Source of the DNA: an uncultured Gammaproteobacteria bacterium
GTDB taxonomy: Bacteria; Patescibacteriota; Patescibacteriia; CAZGFX01
Reading direction: 5' to 3'
NCBI GenBank assembly: GCA_964524845.1
Contig: CAZGFX010000001.1
Coordinates: 139,823 to 203,822, forward strand
DNA: 64,000 bases
The position numbers and the translations under genes were made by a program. Under the pieces are notes generated by a model. That model did not search any database. It saw only the letters and a program-made list of their open reading frames with translations, and was not told where the DNA came from. Positions 11,244 to 21,532 of this stretch are shown here, piece by piece; position 1 is the stretch's first letter; the number at the start of each line of letters is the position of its first letter.

Positions 11244-12830
11244 ATGAATATATCGGATTATCCATCGTTTCGAGATCTTGCGCGTAAGTTGATAATAAAA
11301 ATACTAGAAGGCAACGCGCTCACTCAAGAAGATGTACAAAAAATAAAACGCCGCGAGAAAATCACGGTGTCAAACTTGTTTGTGCTTGAGCGGTATAAGG
11401 AAGGCGTCGAAAAAGGAGAATTTCCCGAAGACAAAAGAATTAATACTCTTCTGATGAAACAGAAAACTCGTTCCGCATCCGGAATCACAGCGCTTGCTAT
11501 TTTAATGAAACCATTCGGGTGTCAAGGAAAATGCGTCTTCTGTCCAACAGAGGCGCGAATGCCGAAAAGCTATCTTTCTGGGGAGCCTGGCGTAATGCGT
11601 GCGGTACGAAACGATTGGGATGCGAAAAAACAAATTGAGACACGCATTCGCGCCTTACAAATGATGGGCCACTCAACAGACAAGAACGAGGTTATTATTC
11701 TAGGAGGAACTTTTTCAAATTATCCACGCGAGTATGTAAATGAATTTATTTTGAGTATGTACGAAGGTTTGAATGGAGAACCAAGCGCAACAATTGAAGA
11801 AGCTCAAATAAAAAACGAGTGTACAGAAAACAGGTGTATAGGCTTATCAATTGAAACGCGCCCTGATTGTATTACAGAAGAAGAGGCAATATACATCAGA
11901 TCGCTAGGCACAACGAAAATAGAACTAGGTGTTCAAACAATATATGAAGATGTTCTCGAAACAGTTCGTCGCGGACATACGATGGAAGCTGTGTATCAAG
12001 CAACAAAAATATTGAAAGACGCCGGATTTAAAATTCATTATCACATGATGCCCGGACTTCCTGGCTCATCTCTTACAAGAGATGAGAAAATGTTTGAAAT
12101 ACTTTTCGATGACGCGAGACTCAAACCGGATATGCTGAAAATTTATCCGTGCATACCGGTCGAGCACTCGGATTTAAAACAATGGGCAGAGGAAGGAAAA
12201 TATGTTTCATATACAGACGATGAAATAATTACGCTTCTAGCGCGTATCAAAACACTCATTCCTCCATATTGTCGCATTATGCGTCTAGGAAGAGACATTC
12301 CGGCTCCAGTTATAATACAAGGTATAAAAAGCTCTAACATACGCGAGATTGTGCATGAATATATGAAGAAACACAATATGAAATGTTCGTGTATTCGATG
12401 CAGAGAAATACATTTCAATCGCCCTCCAGATGACAAGTTGATAATAAAAGAAACGACATATGATGCGAGCGAAGGAAAAGAACATTTTATTGAATATGTA
12501 CATCCAACAACAGATACAATTTATGCGTTCGTTCGTATGAGAATACCTTCTCAATATTTTTCAGGACAAAAACACTTCATGCCAGAACTTAATGGCACAG
12601 CAATCATTCGAGAGCTCCACACATATGGTGCTTCGCTTCCTATCGGATCACACGATTTGGCAACGCAACACAAAGGACTTGGAAAAAAACTAATGACGGA
12701 AAGCGAACGCATCGCCCGAGATGTTTATGGAATAAAAAAAATGGCTGTAATCGCCGGTATAGGAACGAGGGAATATTACCGCAAACTCGGATATAAACTT
12801 GATGGAATGTACATGACAAAAAACATATAA
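11244..12830 (+). CDS. ELP3-like radical SAM enzyme with C-terminal GNAT acetyltransferase domain (tRNA U34 carboxymethyluridine synthase homolog)
   Basis: CxxxCxxC radical SAM motif (CQGKCVFCP), ELP3-like core and C-terminal GNAT motif (QHKGLGKKLM); 528 aa. Confidence 0.8.
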   Translation: MNISDYPSFRDLARKLIIKILEGNALTQEDVQKIKRREKITVSNLFVLERYKEGVEKGEFPEDKRINTLLMKQKTRSASGITALAILMKPFGCQGKCVFCPTEARMPKSYLSGEPGVMRAVRNDWDAKKQIETRIRALQMMGHSTDKNEVIILGGTFSNYPREYVNEFILSMYEGLNGEPSATIEEAQIKNECTENRCIGLSIETRPDCITEEEAIYIRSLGTTKIELGVQTIYEDVLETVRRGHTMEAVYQATKILKDAGFKIHYHMMPGLPGSSLTRDEKMFEILFDDARLKPDMLKIYPCIPVEHSDLKQWAEEGKYVSYTDDEIITLLARIKTLIPPYCRIMRLGRDIPAPVIIQGIKSSNIREIVHEYMKKHNMKCSCIRCREIHFNRPPDDKLIIKETTYDASEGKEHFIEYVHPTTDTIYAFVRMRIPSQYFSGQKHFMPELNGTAIIRELHTYGASLPIGSHDLATQHKGLGKKLMTESERIARDVYGIKKMAVIAGIGTREYYRKLGYKLDGMYMTKNI

Positions 12831-12965
12831 GGGTGGAAACTTCTCATAAAATTTTGTTTTATTATATATCGTTTTTCACACACCAATAACAAAATAACGT
12901 CATTGACCAAACGTCTTTTTTTGGCTATTATTTGTCTATTATAACGATCGTGTAACAATAACATA

Positions 12966-14480
12966 ATGGACATCGTTCGCGTAAAAAAACAACGCCCTCT
13001 GATCATATCAGAAAAACCTGTCAGTGCACCGATGGATGCGGAAAAAAGTTCAGACCAAAACCACGGAAACGCACACAGTACCACACCACCAACAACACAA
13101 AGACCACAAACTGATTTTTCATACTCAGAGAAAGAATCAAGACAGTTTTCAAAACAATCTCATACGAAAATTATAATAATCGCCTTAATGATAGCGATAA
13201 CGTTTTCTGTCTTCGGATATTGGTATTGGAAAAACGCAGTTCTTCTAAATACTCAAGGAGGAAATGAGCTTGGTTTTTTCCAACTTGTTGGACAAGTGAT
13301 CACTGGTGGTAATAGTATTCAAATAAAAGGAGAGAAGCGCGGACGTACAAATTTTTATCTAATGGGAATAGCGGACGAAAAACATGATGGATCAACATTG
13401 TCTGATAGTAATATTGTATTAAGTATTAATCACGAAACAAAAGAGCTCGCGATAATACACCTTCCGCGTGATATGGAGTTGAAAATAAATGGACTTGGAT
13501 ATCGCAAACTAAATTCAGTTCATGCTATCGGAGAAGCCATCCAAAAAGGATCAGGACCTGTTTATGCGTCAGAAATAATATCACAAACACTTTCATTACC
13601 AATTGATTATTATCTTAGGATTAATTTTTCCGGAGTGGTCGAAGTAATTGATGCGCTTGGAGGTGTTGGCGTCAATGTCGAGAACACATTCACAGATTAC
13701 AAATATCCTGACACAAATAATGGTTATATGACTGTAACGTTTAACGCAGGAAATCAGACCATGGACGGACAAACACTTCTTCAATATGTAAGATCAAGAC
13801 ACTCCGCAGAAAATAATGAGGGATCAGATTTTGCACGTGGAAAACGCCAGATGCGCGCCCTAGAAGCAGTCAAAAATAAAATTGAATCGCTTTCAATACT
13901 CACGGACTCCGATCTTATGTTATCAATCCTATCAATAATAAATAAATCAGCTAAGACAAATATGAAATCAGCTGAGGCGCTACGTTTGTATAATATTGTG
14001 AAAGACATACCTTCTGATCATATTTTCAGTACAGCACTTGATAATTCCGCATATGGACTCCTTATGGATGTTACAAACGATGATGGTGCTTATGCACTCA
14101 TCCCAACAGATAGCACTTACAATAAAATTCAAGAATATCTCCGCACTATATTCAGTTTAAACTCTCTTGAAAAAGAGAGGGCCAGTATCGTTGTGAGGAA
14201 CGGGAATGGTATTCCAGGAGAAGCTGGAGTTATCGGAAACAAGCTTGCGCGCAAAAATTTACGTGTTCTCAAGTCAGAAAATGCAGATAATTTTGATTAT
14301 ACGGAATCTGTTATTTATGATCTCTCAAACGGGAAAAAACCGGAAACACTCAAAACATTGAAAGAATTGCTTCCTCGTGTTAACGTGAGTTCTAATCCTC
14401 CGGATTTTATAAGAAATTCGGGCGATAATAGCAGTGATTTCGTTATCCTGCTTGGCAATGATCTTTCGTATCAAAATTAA
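12966..14480 (+). CDS. LytR-CpsA-Psr (LCP) family cell-envelope phosphotransferase with N-terminal TM anchor and C-terminal LytR_C-like domain
   Basis: TM helix IIIIALMIAITFSVFGYWYW. LCP core YLMGIADEKHDGSTLSDSNIVLSINHETKELAIIHLPRDMEL...KLNSVHAIG. Confidence 0.85.
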   Translation: MDIVRVKKQRPLIISEKPVSAPMDAEKSSDQNHGNAHSTTPPTTQRPQTDFSYSEKESRQFSKQSHTKIIIIALMIAITFSVFGYWYWKNAVLLNTQGGNELGFFQLVGQVITGGNSIQIKGEKRGRTNFYLMGIADEKHDGSTLSDSNIVLSINHETKELAIIHLPRDMELKINGLGYRKLNSVHAIGEAIQKGSGPVYASEIISQTLSLPIDYYLRINFSGVVEVIDALGGVGVNVENTFTDYKYPDTNNGYMTVTFNAGNQTMDGQTLLQYVRSRHSAENNEGSDFARGKRQMRALEAVKNKIESLSILTDSDLMLSILSIINKSAKTNMKSAEALRLYNIVKDIPSDHIFSTALDNSAYGLLMDVTNDDGAYALIPTDSTYNKIQEYLRTIFSLNSLEKERASIVVRNGNGIPGEAGVIGNKLARKNLRVLKSENADNFDYTESVIYDLSNGKKPETLKTLKELLPRVNVSSNPPDFIRNSGDNSSDFVILLGNDLSYQN

Positions 14481-14532
14481 ACTTCATTAATACAAAACGA
14501 AAAAACTTTTTTAATGTTTTTATTTAACAAGT

Positions 14533-15894
14533 ATGTTCAAGCCCCTTCCACAAGTAGCTCTCATAGGACGCCCGAATGTCGGAAAATCAACATTGTTTAA
14601 CAAACTTACCGAAACGAAAAAAGCAATCGTATCAAATATTCCCGGCACAACACGCGATCGTAACTTCCACACCGTTGAATGGAATGGTCTTTTGTTTGAA
14701 CTAGTAGACACAGGAGGAATCACAACCTCACGAGACGGCGACCATCTCGTGAAAGACATTGCCATACAAGCCACAAAAGCAGTAGAACACGCTGATTTGG
14801 TTTTGTTCATGATAGACGTCAGATCTGTCATAACAAAAGATGATGAAATAATTTTGAAAATATTGAAACGCGCACGAAAGAACACGATAGTAGTCGCAAA
14901 CAAGGCTGACACGAAAAAACTCAAAGACCAATCTATCGAATATGTGTCACTTGGTTTCGGTGATCCATTCCCCGTATCAGCAAGTAACGGATCAGGAACG
15001 GGAGATCTTCTGGATGAGGTCGTCACGATATTAAAGAAGACGAAAACTAAAAAACAGAAGTTTGTGCCAAAAGGAGAAATAAAAATAGGTATTATTGGCA
15101 GACCAAACGTAGGAAAATCAACACTCGTCAACGCAATTATGAATGATTCGATGCGTATCACATCGTCTACTCCGCACACAACGCGTGATGCCGCGACACT
15201 TCGTTGGAGTTACGGAGGATATTTATTTGCAATCACTGATACGGCCGGGATTCGACGCGGAAACAAGGCTCGCGCATTCGCTGAAAAAATTGAGAAGCAC
15301 AGCAGATCTCAGGCTCTTGAGACGATGAATCATTCTGATGTTGTTTTTCTTATGGTTGATATTTCCGAACGCATTTCTTTTCAGGACAAGCACTTGATTG
15401 CCGAAGCAGAGAGGGCTCATTGCGGTATAATTCTCGTAGGAAATAAGTGGGATTGCATCAAGGAAAAAAACACGAAAACAACACAAGTCTATATGAAAGA
15501 AATGGCAAAAGACTTCCCTTTCATTAATTGGGTTCCTAAATTATTCGTATCCGCTCTCACTCACCAACGCGTCACGACACTTCTTGATAAGGCTATAGAT
15601 ATATATGAGAAACGAAGCAAAACCGTTCCACAAAAAGAGCTGGATGCGTTTTTGGAAAGAATAATAGAACGACACAAACCATCCCGCGGAGGTGGTACGA
15701 AATATCCGAAACTTTATAAACTCGAGCAGACTTCATCCGCTCCACCACGTTTTACTCTGTATATGGACAAAGGGTCTGAACTCCACGCTTCATACATAGT
15801 TTATATTGAGAAGGCACTTCGAAACGATTTCGATTTCGAAGGAAGCAGCATAAGCGTCGATCTTGTTGCCGTATATAAACAGGATCTACACTAA
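14533..15894 (+). CDS. der: Ribosome-biogenesis GTPase Der (EngA), with tandem GTPase domains and a KH-like C-terminus
   Basis: Two P-loops GRPNVGKSTLFN and GRPNVGKSTLVN; two DTxG motifs (DTGG, DTAG); two NKxD motifs (NKAD, NKWD). Confidence 0.95.
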   Translation: MFKPLPQVALIGRPNVGKSTLFNKLTETKKAIVSNIPGTTRDRNFHTVEWNGLLFELVDTGGITTSRDGDHLVKDIAIQATKAVEHADLVLFMIDVRSVITKDDEIILKILKRARKNTIVVANKADTKKLKDQSIEYVSLGFGDPFPVSASNGSGTGDLLDEVVTILKKTKTKKQKFVPKGEIKIGIIGRPNVGKSTLVNAIMNDSMRITSSTPHTTRDAATLRWSYGGYLFAITDTAGIRRGNKARAFAEKIEKHSRSQALETMNHSDVVFLMVDISERISFQDKHLIAEAERAHCGIILVGNKWDCIKEKNTKTTQVYMKEMAKDFPFINWVPKLFVSALTHQRVTTLLDKAIDIYEKRSKTVPQKELDAFLERIIERHKPSRGGGTKYPKLYKLEQTSSAPPRFTLYMDKGSELHASYIVYIEKALRNDFDFEGSSISVDLVAVYKQDLH

Positions 15895-15921
15895 AAACAC
15901 CATTTACGATATTATACTTAT

Positions 15922-16491
15922 ATGAAACTAATCGTAGGACTTGGAAATCCGGGAAGCAATTACGAAAAAACACGGCATAATGTCGGGTTTCAAATTATTG
16001 ATATGTTTATAAAAGAAACGGAGTGTTCTTCTCGTTCCAATGCTTCTTTTAAATCAATCGTCGCTGAGTGCCGAACAACTGATGGTAAGTTACTTGTAAT
16101 AAAACCAGCTACCTTCATGAACAATTCAGGAGATGCTGTGAAAAGCATCGCTCAATTTTATAAAATATCATATTCTGACATCTGGGTCATTCATGATGAT
16201 AAAGATATCGAGATAGGGAAAATAAAAATAAATGTCGGAGGAGGATCTGCTGGACACAATGGCATCAATTCTCTCATTCAAGAACTCGGGTCTGATGAGT
16301 TTGTTAGATTTCGCGTCGGTATAAAAAACGACGCTGTTCAAGGTCAGATGGATACAGCTGCTTTCGTGCTCGCTCAATTTACAGGAGAAGAAGCTAGTCT
16401 CATACAAAAAGCTTGTGAACATACTGTGCAAGCAATAAAAAAAGCGCTCGAGATTGATATCCCAAGCGCTCAAAATGAGTTTAATCGATAA
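15922..16491 (+). CDS. pth: Peptidyl-tRNA hydrolase
   Basis: N-terminal MKLIVGLGNPGSNYEKTRHNVGF signature; 189 aa. Confidence 0.95.
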   Translation: MKLIVGLGNPGSNYEKTRHNVGFQIIDMFIKETECSSRSNASFKSIVAECRTTDGKLLVIKPATFMNNSGDAVKSIAQFYKISYSDIWVIHDDKDIEIGKIKINVGGGSAGHNGINSLIQELGSDEFVRFRVGIKNDAVQGQMDTAAFVLAQFTGEEASLIQKACEHTVQAIKKALEIDIPSAQNEFNR

Positions 16492-16502
16492 TAATATATC
16501 GA

Positions 16503-17441
16503 TTATTTTTTCTTATTAGTGACAATTTTATCCATCTTGTATGTCTCAGATGGATTTTTTTGTTTCCATTCTTTTAAAAAATTCGGATCTTTTTCAATGG
16601 CTCGCGCCACAAAATTCTGATCCTCATCGAATGAAATGAACTTCGTCACTCTCCGAGTCGTATCGGCATGTCCGGAAAGTCGATAAGCATCCGTGAACTC
16701 ATCGTAACCGAAGCCCCTAAGTACTTTTCCGTTGACCCAGAGGCGTGAATCGAATATACGATGCCCTATCAGAACCTCCTCGCTAGAGAAGAAAAACTCC
16801 TGAAGCGAAGAACCTGATTCGAAGTACGCTTCGAAGTCATAAATCATCTCTCCCGAAAGATTTACGAACATCATGGCTCCGTTTCTGGAAACCATTCCGC
16901 GATACGCGGCAACTGCGTAACTTCCCGGATTGATTCGGAACGCCCCCTTCAGGCAATCACTCATCACATATCGTTCTGTGATGATCTGATAACGAGACGA
17001 GTCTGTCGTAAGATCCGTCCAATCATCAAACCCAACGTTTGATAACAACTGACGAATCTGTTCCGGAAGTCCTGAGTTCCACTTTCTGAGTACGACGATT
17101 ATCGTATCCGTTTCCGCGTAATCAAATATGATCGCGGATGTGTACGTCCCGTCCGACAGAAAAGCGTATCCGTTCGGCTTCATCCATTGTACGAACAAAA
17201 CCTGACGATAAGATGTTTCACCGGGACGCTTATGTATAACCCATAAGTTCCCGTGCTGTTCCTGCAAGTTTTTTGCAATGCAGTACACCTGCCCGTTTAT
17301 CTCCATAAGATTTAAACGAACCGATGCCTGCGACGCATCAACCGCAAACATGGCTTTCGCTTCTTCTTTCGAGTCGATTAAAAAATCGCACGAAGTCGCA
17401 CAAAGCAACATAATAATTGAAATGAACATTAATGATTTCAT
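16503..17441 (-). CDS. Hypothetical secreted protein or lipoprotein
   Basis: Signal peptide MKSLMFISIIMLLCATSCDF; no recognisable domain. Confidence 0.6.
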   Translation of the reverse strand: MKSLMFISIIMLLCATSCDFLIDSKEEAKAMFAVDASQASVRLNLMEINGQVYCIAKNLQEQHGNLWVIHKRPGETSYRQVLFVQWMKPNGYAFLSDGTYTSAIIFDYAETDTIIVVLRKWNSGLPEQIRQLLSNVGFDDWTDLTTDSSRYQIITERYVMSDCLKGAFRINPGSYAVAAYRGMVSRNGAMMFVNLSGEMIYDFEAYFESGSSLQEFFFSSEEVLIGHRIFDSRLWVNGKVLRGFGYDEFTDAYRLSGHADTTRRVTKFISFDEDQNFVARAIEKDPNFLKEWKQKNPSETYKMDKIVTNKKK

Positions 17442-17598
17442 GACAAACCTCCCTTTCCCTTTCGGGTTTTTGTACGCGGTTTTGCCAATGGCACCCCGCT
17501 TTTGATTGTTTTTTTATTATAACTTATTTCATATATATTATATATGATATAAGCGATTTTGTCAAAGTATACTATTTATGCTACTTTTATAAGGTATT

Positions 17599-20500
17599 TT
17601 GGGTATGATTGAGAAACACACAAAGAACGTATTTGGAATAAAAAATGACACGATTCTCGCGTGGCACTTGTTTATAAGTGCACAAAACAATCCAAACAAA
17701 CGCTTCATACATATTTGTGAAAAAAACACTGTTATATACTCTATTTCATTTCTTTTATCTTTTTTTAATGAGTTGTACGAAAAACACATTTCTATTTCAA
17801 AACTCAAAAAAGATTCTTCCTCTTCTTCCGAAGTTTTTAATGTTTTTCAATCTTCTTCCTCTGGAATCATATTGCTTCACAGAGATTATTGTAACGAACA
17901 TTTCCCATCAACAAAAACAATCAATGAGTCATCTCTGAATATTGATACAAGAGAAAATTATTCTCCTCAAAAAATTGGAGAAAAACTTATCGTACTTGGA
18001 TATGAAAGAGTATCTCATACGCCAAATCATGGGGAGTTCTCAATACATGGATCATCAATAGAAATACGCGAATCAAACGAAAACAAGGATGAGAGAATTA
18101 GAATCTATTTTGATGAAAACAGTATAGAAAAAATTAATATAAACAACACTGATGTATCGAAAATTTCAATTCCTCCTCGTTTTATTGATAACTTACCACG
18201 CACAGAGTCTATTTTTTCAATAATTTCAGAAAATGACGAGATCTCTTTATATCAAAAGAGTGATGAAACATTATTTATGCTCCCAGACGATATAAAATGT
18301 ACTATATATTCCGAAACGAAAAACACAGAAGAAAAAAACACGATTCAAGACATAAAAAATACCCCACATCATGCAAAATTAATAATTGATGCAATAAAAG
18401 AAAAAATAAACGAGAAATGGCACGTAATAATATGTTGTACGGAAGAAAATGAGCGAAATGTTCGTGCGGCGTGCCGCAGGCACGACTTCGATCCCTCGAA
18501 ATATCTTCGTGTTCTTCCAGAAGACCAGATCATACTTATTAACTCGTTTAGTGATGCGGCACGCCGCACACTCCTAATTAGAGACACCTCTTTCGTATAC
18601 GGAGAATATCGAAACGAAAAAAAGAAACAAAGAATTGACACCGCATTTATAATGAGTATCAGACCACACGATTATGTCGTGCATAGCGATCATGGTATTG
18701 GTATTTTTCATGGTATGGTCATGGCGAGTGTTGAAAATATATATCGCGAATACTTCGATATAAGATACGCCGAAAACGATAAACTACTTCTCCCCATCGA
18801 TCAGGCTGAAAAAATATCACGATACATAGGAATTGAACATCCGAAGATACACAGACTTGGCGGAACATCTTGGCACGAGACTACATTAAAAATAAAAGAG
18901 GATGCGATTATCACTGCTCATACGATGTTGAAAAATCATGCTATTCGCACAATAACAAGTGCTAATTCTTTCAATAAATCTCATCCGGACGAACAATCAA
19001 TAACAACAGAGTTCCCTCACCCCGAAACGGATGATCAATTAAAAGCAATAAACGATGTTTATCGTGATCTCGCACAAACAACACCGATGGACCGACTCGT
19101 TTGTGGAGATGTTGGGTTTGGAAAAACAGAAGTAGCTGTACGCGCTGCCGCTCGTGTCGTATTTGCAAATTATCAAGTGGCATTAATATGCCCGACTACT
19201 ATTTTGGCCCAACAACATTTTGATACATTTACAGAACGTTTCTCAAAATACGGTGTAGAAATCGAGCTTTTGTCGAGATTTAGGTCGTCTTCTGAGCAGA
19301 AAGAAAGTGTCAAAAAAATAAAAGAAGGAACCAGTAAGATTGTTATAGGAACCCATCGTCTCCTTTCATCAGATATTCATTTCCATAACCTTGGACTTAT
19401 AATCATTGACGAGGAACAACGTTTCGGCGTTGAACACAAGGAACTTCTTAGACAAATCAAAACGGGAACACATGCTATGACGATGACAGCAACGCCAATA
19501 CCACGAACACTTCATCTTTCTCTCGCTGGAATTCGAGATATGTCAGTAATTCAAACACCTCCTCATGGAAGAAAAGAGATTATCACGGATATTGCTCATT
19601 ATGATTTATCAATTATAAAAGAAACGATAAATAGAGAGTTAGAAAGAAATGGACAGGTGTATTATCTTTTTAACTCTGTTGCGAATATTCCGATAAAAGT
19701 AAAGGAGTTGCAAAAACTTATTCCGGAAGCACGAATTGAAAGTGTCCACGGACAACTCCCAGAAGAAGACATAGCTCGTGTCATGCACGCATTTGATACA
19801 GGAGTCGTCGATGTTTTGGTTTGCTCGACAATTATAGAAAACGGACTTGATATTCCAAATGCGAACACATTAATCGTCGAACACGCGAACGACTTCGGAT
19901 TATCTCAACTTCACCAAATTCGCGGAAGAGTCGGACGCTCCGATCGTCAAGCATACGCATTATTTACATATGACAGCCAAATTCTGGTCGGAAACGCGTG
20001 GAAACGCCTTGAGGCTCTTTCCACCTCTTCTTCGCTTGGCGGAGGGTTCGAACTTGCTTTAAGAGACTTGGAAATACGCGGAGTCGGAAACCTTCTCGGA
20101 ACAGAACAGCATGGCCGCGTATCAGCAATCGGTATCACGATGTATAACAAGCTCATAACACATGCGATAAATGAGATTCAAAGCGGAGTACCACGCACAC
20201 GCTCCCACGATGTTGTTATTGATCTTCCAATAGAATATGGAATACCTTCTTCCTATATACACGACGAAATATATCGCTTGAAACTATATCAAGCTCTTGC
20301 GGGAATTGCGGACACCGATTCGCTCGCTGAAGAATTCCTTGCAATTGAGAAGAAATACGGCGCGCTCCCGCATCATATAACAAATCTTCACATGATTCTT
20401 AATATGAAACTTCGATGCCAAAACTCCCCCATCAAGTCTATCGAAATGAAAAAAATCCGCACCGCCGGAGATGAGATAAGAGAAAAAATAATCATTACAT

Positions 20501-20661
20501 TCATACATGATGTTCCTTATGATGCGCTCGCGCGCCTCCTAGATCACAATATTCATTGGACGGACAAGGGAAATCAAATAAAAATACTAAAAGAAAATCT
20601 AGCAAAGGACTGGCTTTCAGACATTTCAAAAACGATTGATTTTTTTGTGGGAAACACCTAA
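17599..20661 (+). CDS. mfd: Transcription-repair coupling factor Mfd, with a divergent N-terminal region
   Basis: Walker A GDVGFGKTEVA, DEEQRFGV, RGRVGRS, the TRG motif (LEIRGVGNLLGTEQHG) and about 245 aa of C-terminal extension after the helicase. This matches Mfd rather than RecG. Confidence 0.85.
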   Translation: MGMIEKHTKNVFGIKNDTILAWHLFISAQNNPNKRFIHICEKNTVIYSISFLLSFFNELYEKHISISKLKKDSSSSSEVFNVFQSSSSGIILLHRDYCNEHFPSTKTINESSLNIDTRENYSPQKIGEKLIVLGYERVSHTPNHGEFSIHGSSIEIRESNENKDERIRIYFDENSIEKININNTDVSKISIPPRFIDNLPRTESIFSIISENDEISLYQKSDETLFMLPDDIKCTIYSETKNTEEKNTIQDIKNTPHHAKLIIDAIKEKINEKWHVIICCTEENERNVRAACRRHDFDPSKYLRVLPEDQIILINSFSDAARRTLLIRDTSFVYGEYRNEKKKQRIDTAFIMSIRPHDYVVHSDHGIGIFHGMVMASVENIYREYFDIRYAENDKLLLPIDQAEKISRYIGIEHPKIHRLGGTSWHETTLKIKEDAIITAHTMLKNHAIRTITSANSFNKSHPDEQSITTEFPHPETDDQLKAINDVYRDLAQTTPMDRLVCGDVGFGKTEVAVRAAARVVFANYQVALICPTTILAQQHFDTFTERFSKYGVEIELLSRFRSSSEQKESVKKIKEGTSKIVIGTHRLLSSDIHFHNLGLIIIDEEQRFGVEHKELLRQIKTGTHAMTMTATPIPRTLHLSLAGIRDMSVIQTPPHGRKEIITDIAHYDLSIIKETINRELERNGQVYYLFNSVANIPIKVKELQKLIPEARIESVHGQLPEEDIARVMHAFDTGVVDVLVCSTIIENGLDIPNANTLIVEHANDFGLSQLHQIRGRVGRSDRQAYALFTYDSQILVGNAWKRLEALSTSSSLGGGFELALRDLEIRGVGNLLGTEQHGRVSAIGITMYNKLITHAINEIQSGVPRTRSHDVVIDLPIEYGIPSSYIHDEIYRLKLYQALAGIADTDSLAEEFLAIEKKYGALPHHITNLHMILNMKLRCQNSPIKSIEMKKIRTAGDEIREKIIITFIHDVPYDALARLLDHNIHWTDKGNQIKILKENLAKDWLSDISKTIDFFVGNT

Positions 20662-21122
20662 ATATCACGTATATCCGTGATAATTGAAGATCCTCCTAGG
20701 TGATCTGAGTGTATATATCCCAGTATCTCTGATGAGGGTTCTTGAACGTTGTTTCTAGCTATATGAGCTATAGCGGTATCGTTCATTGATAAATATATAT
20801 TCTCGTTTCCTGAGAGAATATCTTTATCAATCATAGGATTGATTTGTATCGTGTTTTCGATATATGTTTCAGGTTCATCTGTTCTTATTGCACGAGACGC
20901 TATACGCTCTCCCGATGGATCGTATGTGTAGGAGTATGTGTTTTTCTCTGTGTTGATTGTGGACATACGAAGAGTAGAGTCGTATACGAACTGTTTGTTT
21001 ATACATCCAAACCCTTCTTCTTCACATGTTTCAGATATCATGTTTCCTGCGTTATCGTATGCGAACGTCTTATTGAGAACGTCGTCTTTATACATACGAG
21101 TAGCGGCTTGTGGTTGACGCAT
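20658..21122 (-). pseudogene. Orphan truncated RHS core fragment (154 aa), paralogous to an internal segment of the RHS gene at 22448-22925. It stops exactly at the RHS-core point where the main gene continues (..ITDIRDI* vs ..ITDIRGTIQVQRDYYPFGE). It has no DPxG motif and no toxin tip.
   Basis: About 90% nucleotide identity over about 480 bp with 22448-22925. Protein identity is MRQPQA[A/V][T/A]RMYKDDVL...HSDHLGGSSIITDIR. Its stop codon abuts the mfd stop (convergent). Confidence 0.7.
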
Positions 21123-21140
21123 GCCATACTCAAAACGTTC
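20665..21140. repeat. Direct repeat copy B of the RHS core segment (copy A is at 22448-22925)
   Basis: Aligned by eye; homology begins at acgtatatccgtgataattgaag, immediately at the mfd stop, and ends near 21135. Confidence 0.75.
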
Positions 21141-21142
21141 TT

Positions 21143-21529
21143 TTATTTTTTTATTATTTTATTATTTTTTCTTAAAATCCTATAATTTCTAATCAGGAAA
21201 AACAATAATAAAACAAGAGGGCCAAATCCGATGAACAACTGACACATAATTTCTCCAGAACAAATTTTATACACACAAGTAGTAGCCAAATAATATGTGG
21301 TTGGTATTAGATAGAACAGGCCGGTTATCATAAAAACCTGTTTTTGATCTTTGTGTTTTTTAAGTAAATAAAAAAATATTAAAATTGTGATAAGAGTAAA
21401 AGGTATTATAATAACAAGATATGATATATACCACCACCCTCCTAGAAGATCTGAAATTAACAAAAACATTATTATTGGAATTAATAAAATAAATCCAATA
21501 AAATAAATAAAAAACTTGTTATTTTGCAT
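21143..21529 (-). CDS. Small multi-pass membrane protein (128 aa, 3-4 TM helices), a candidate immunity protein for the RHS C-terminal toxin
   Basis: ATG lies 3 nt downstream of the RHS stop (21533-21535), giving tight translational coupling. Very hydrophobic, no known domain. Position is typical of RHS/CDI immunity genes. Confidence 0.6.
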   Translation of the reverse strand: MQNNKFFIYFIGFILLIPIIMFLLISDLLGGWWYISYLVIIIPFTLITILIFFYLLKKHKDQKQVFMITGLFYLIPTTYYLATTCVYKICSGEIMCQLFIGFGPLVLLLFFLIRNYRILRKNNKIIKK

Positions 21530-21532
21530 ATA

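Noticed and set aside
12143-13084. Minus-strand ORFs of 89-102 aa inside the ELP3-like and LCP genes
   Set aside because: They are antisense to strongly supported CDSs and carry no domain signal.
14520-15179. 219-aa minus-strand ORF
   Set aside because: It is entirely antisense to the well-supported der gene; the protein is low-complexity.
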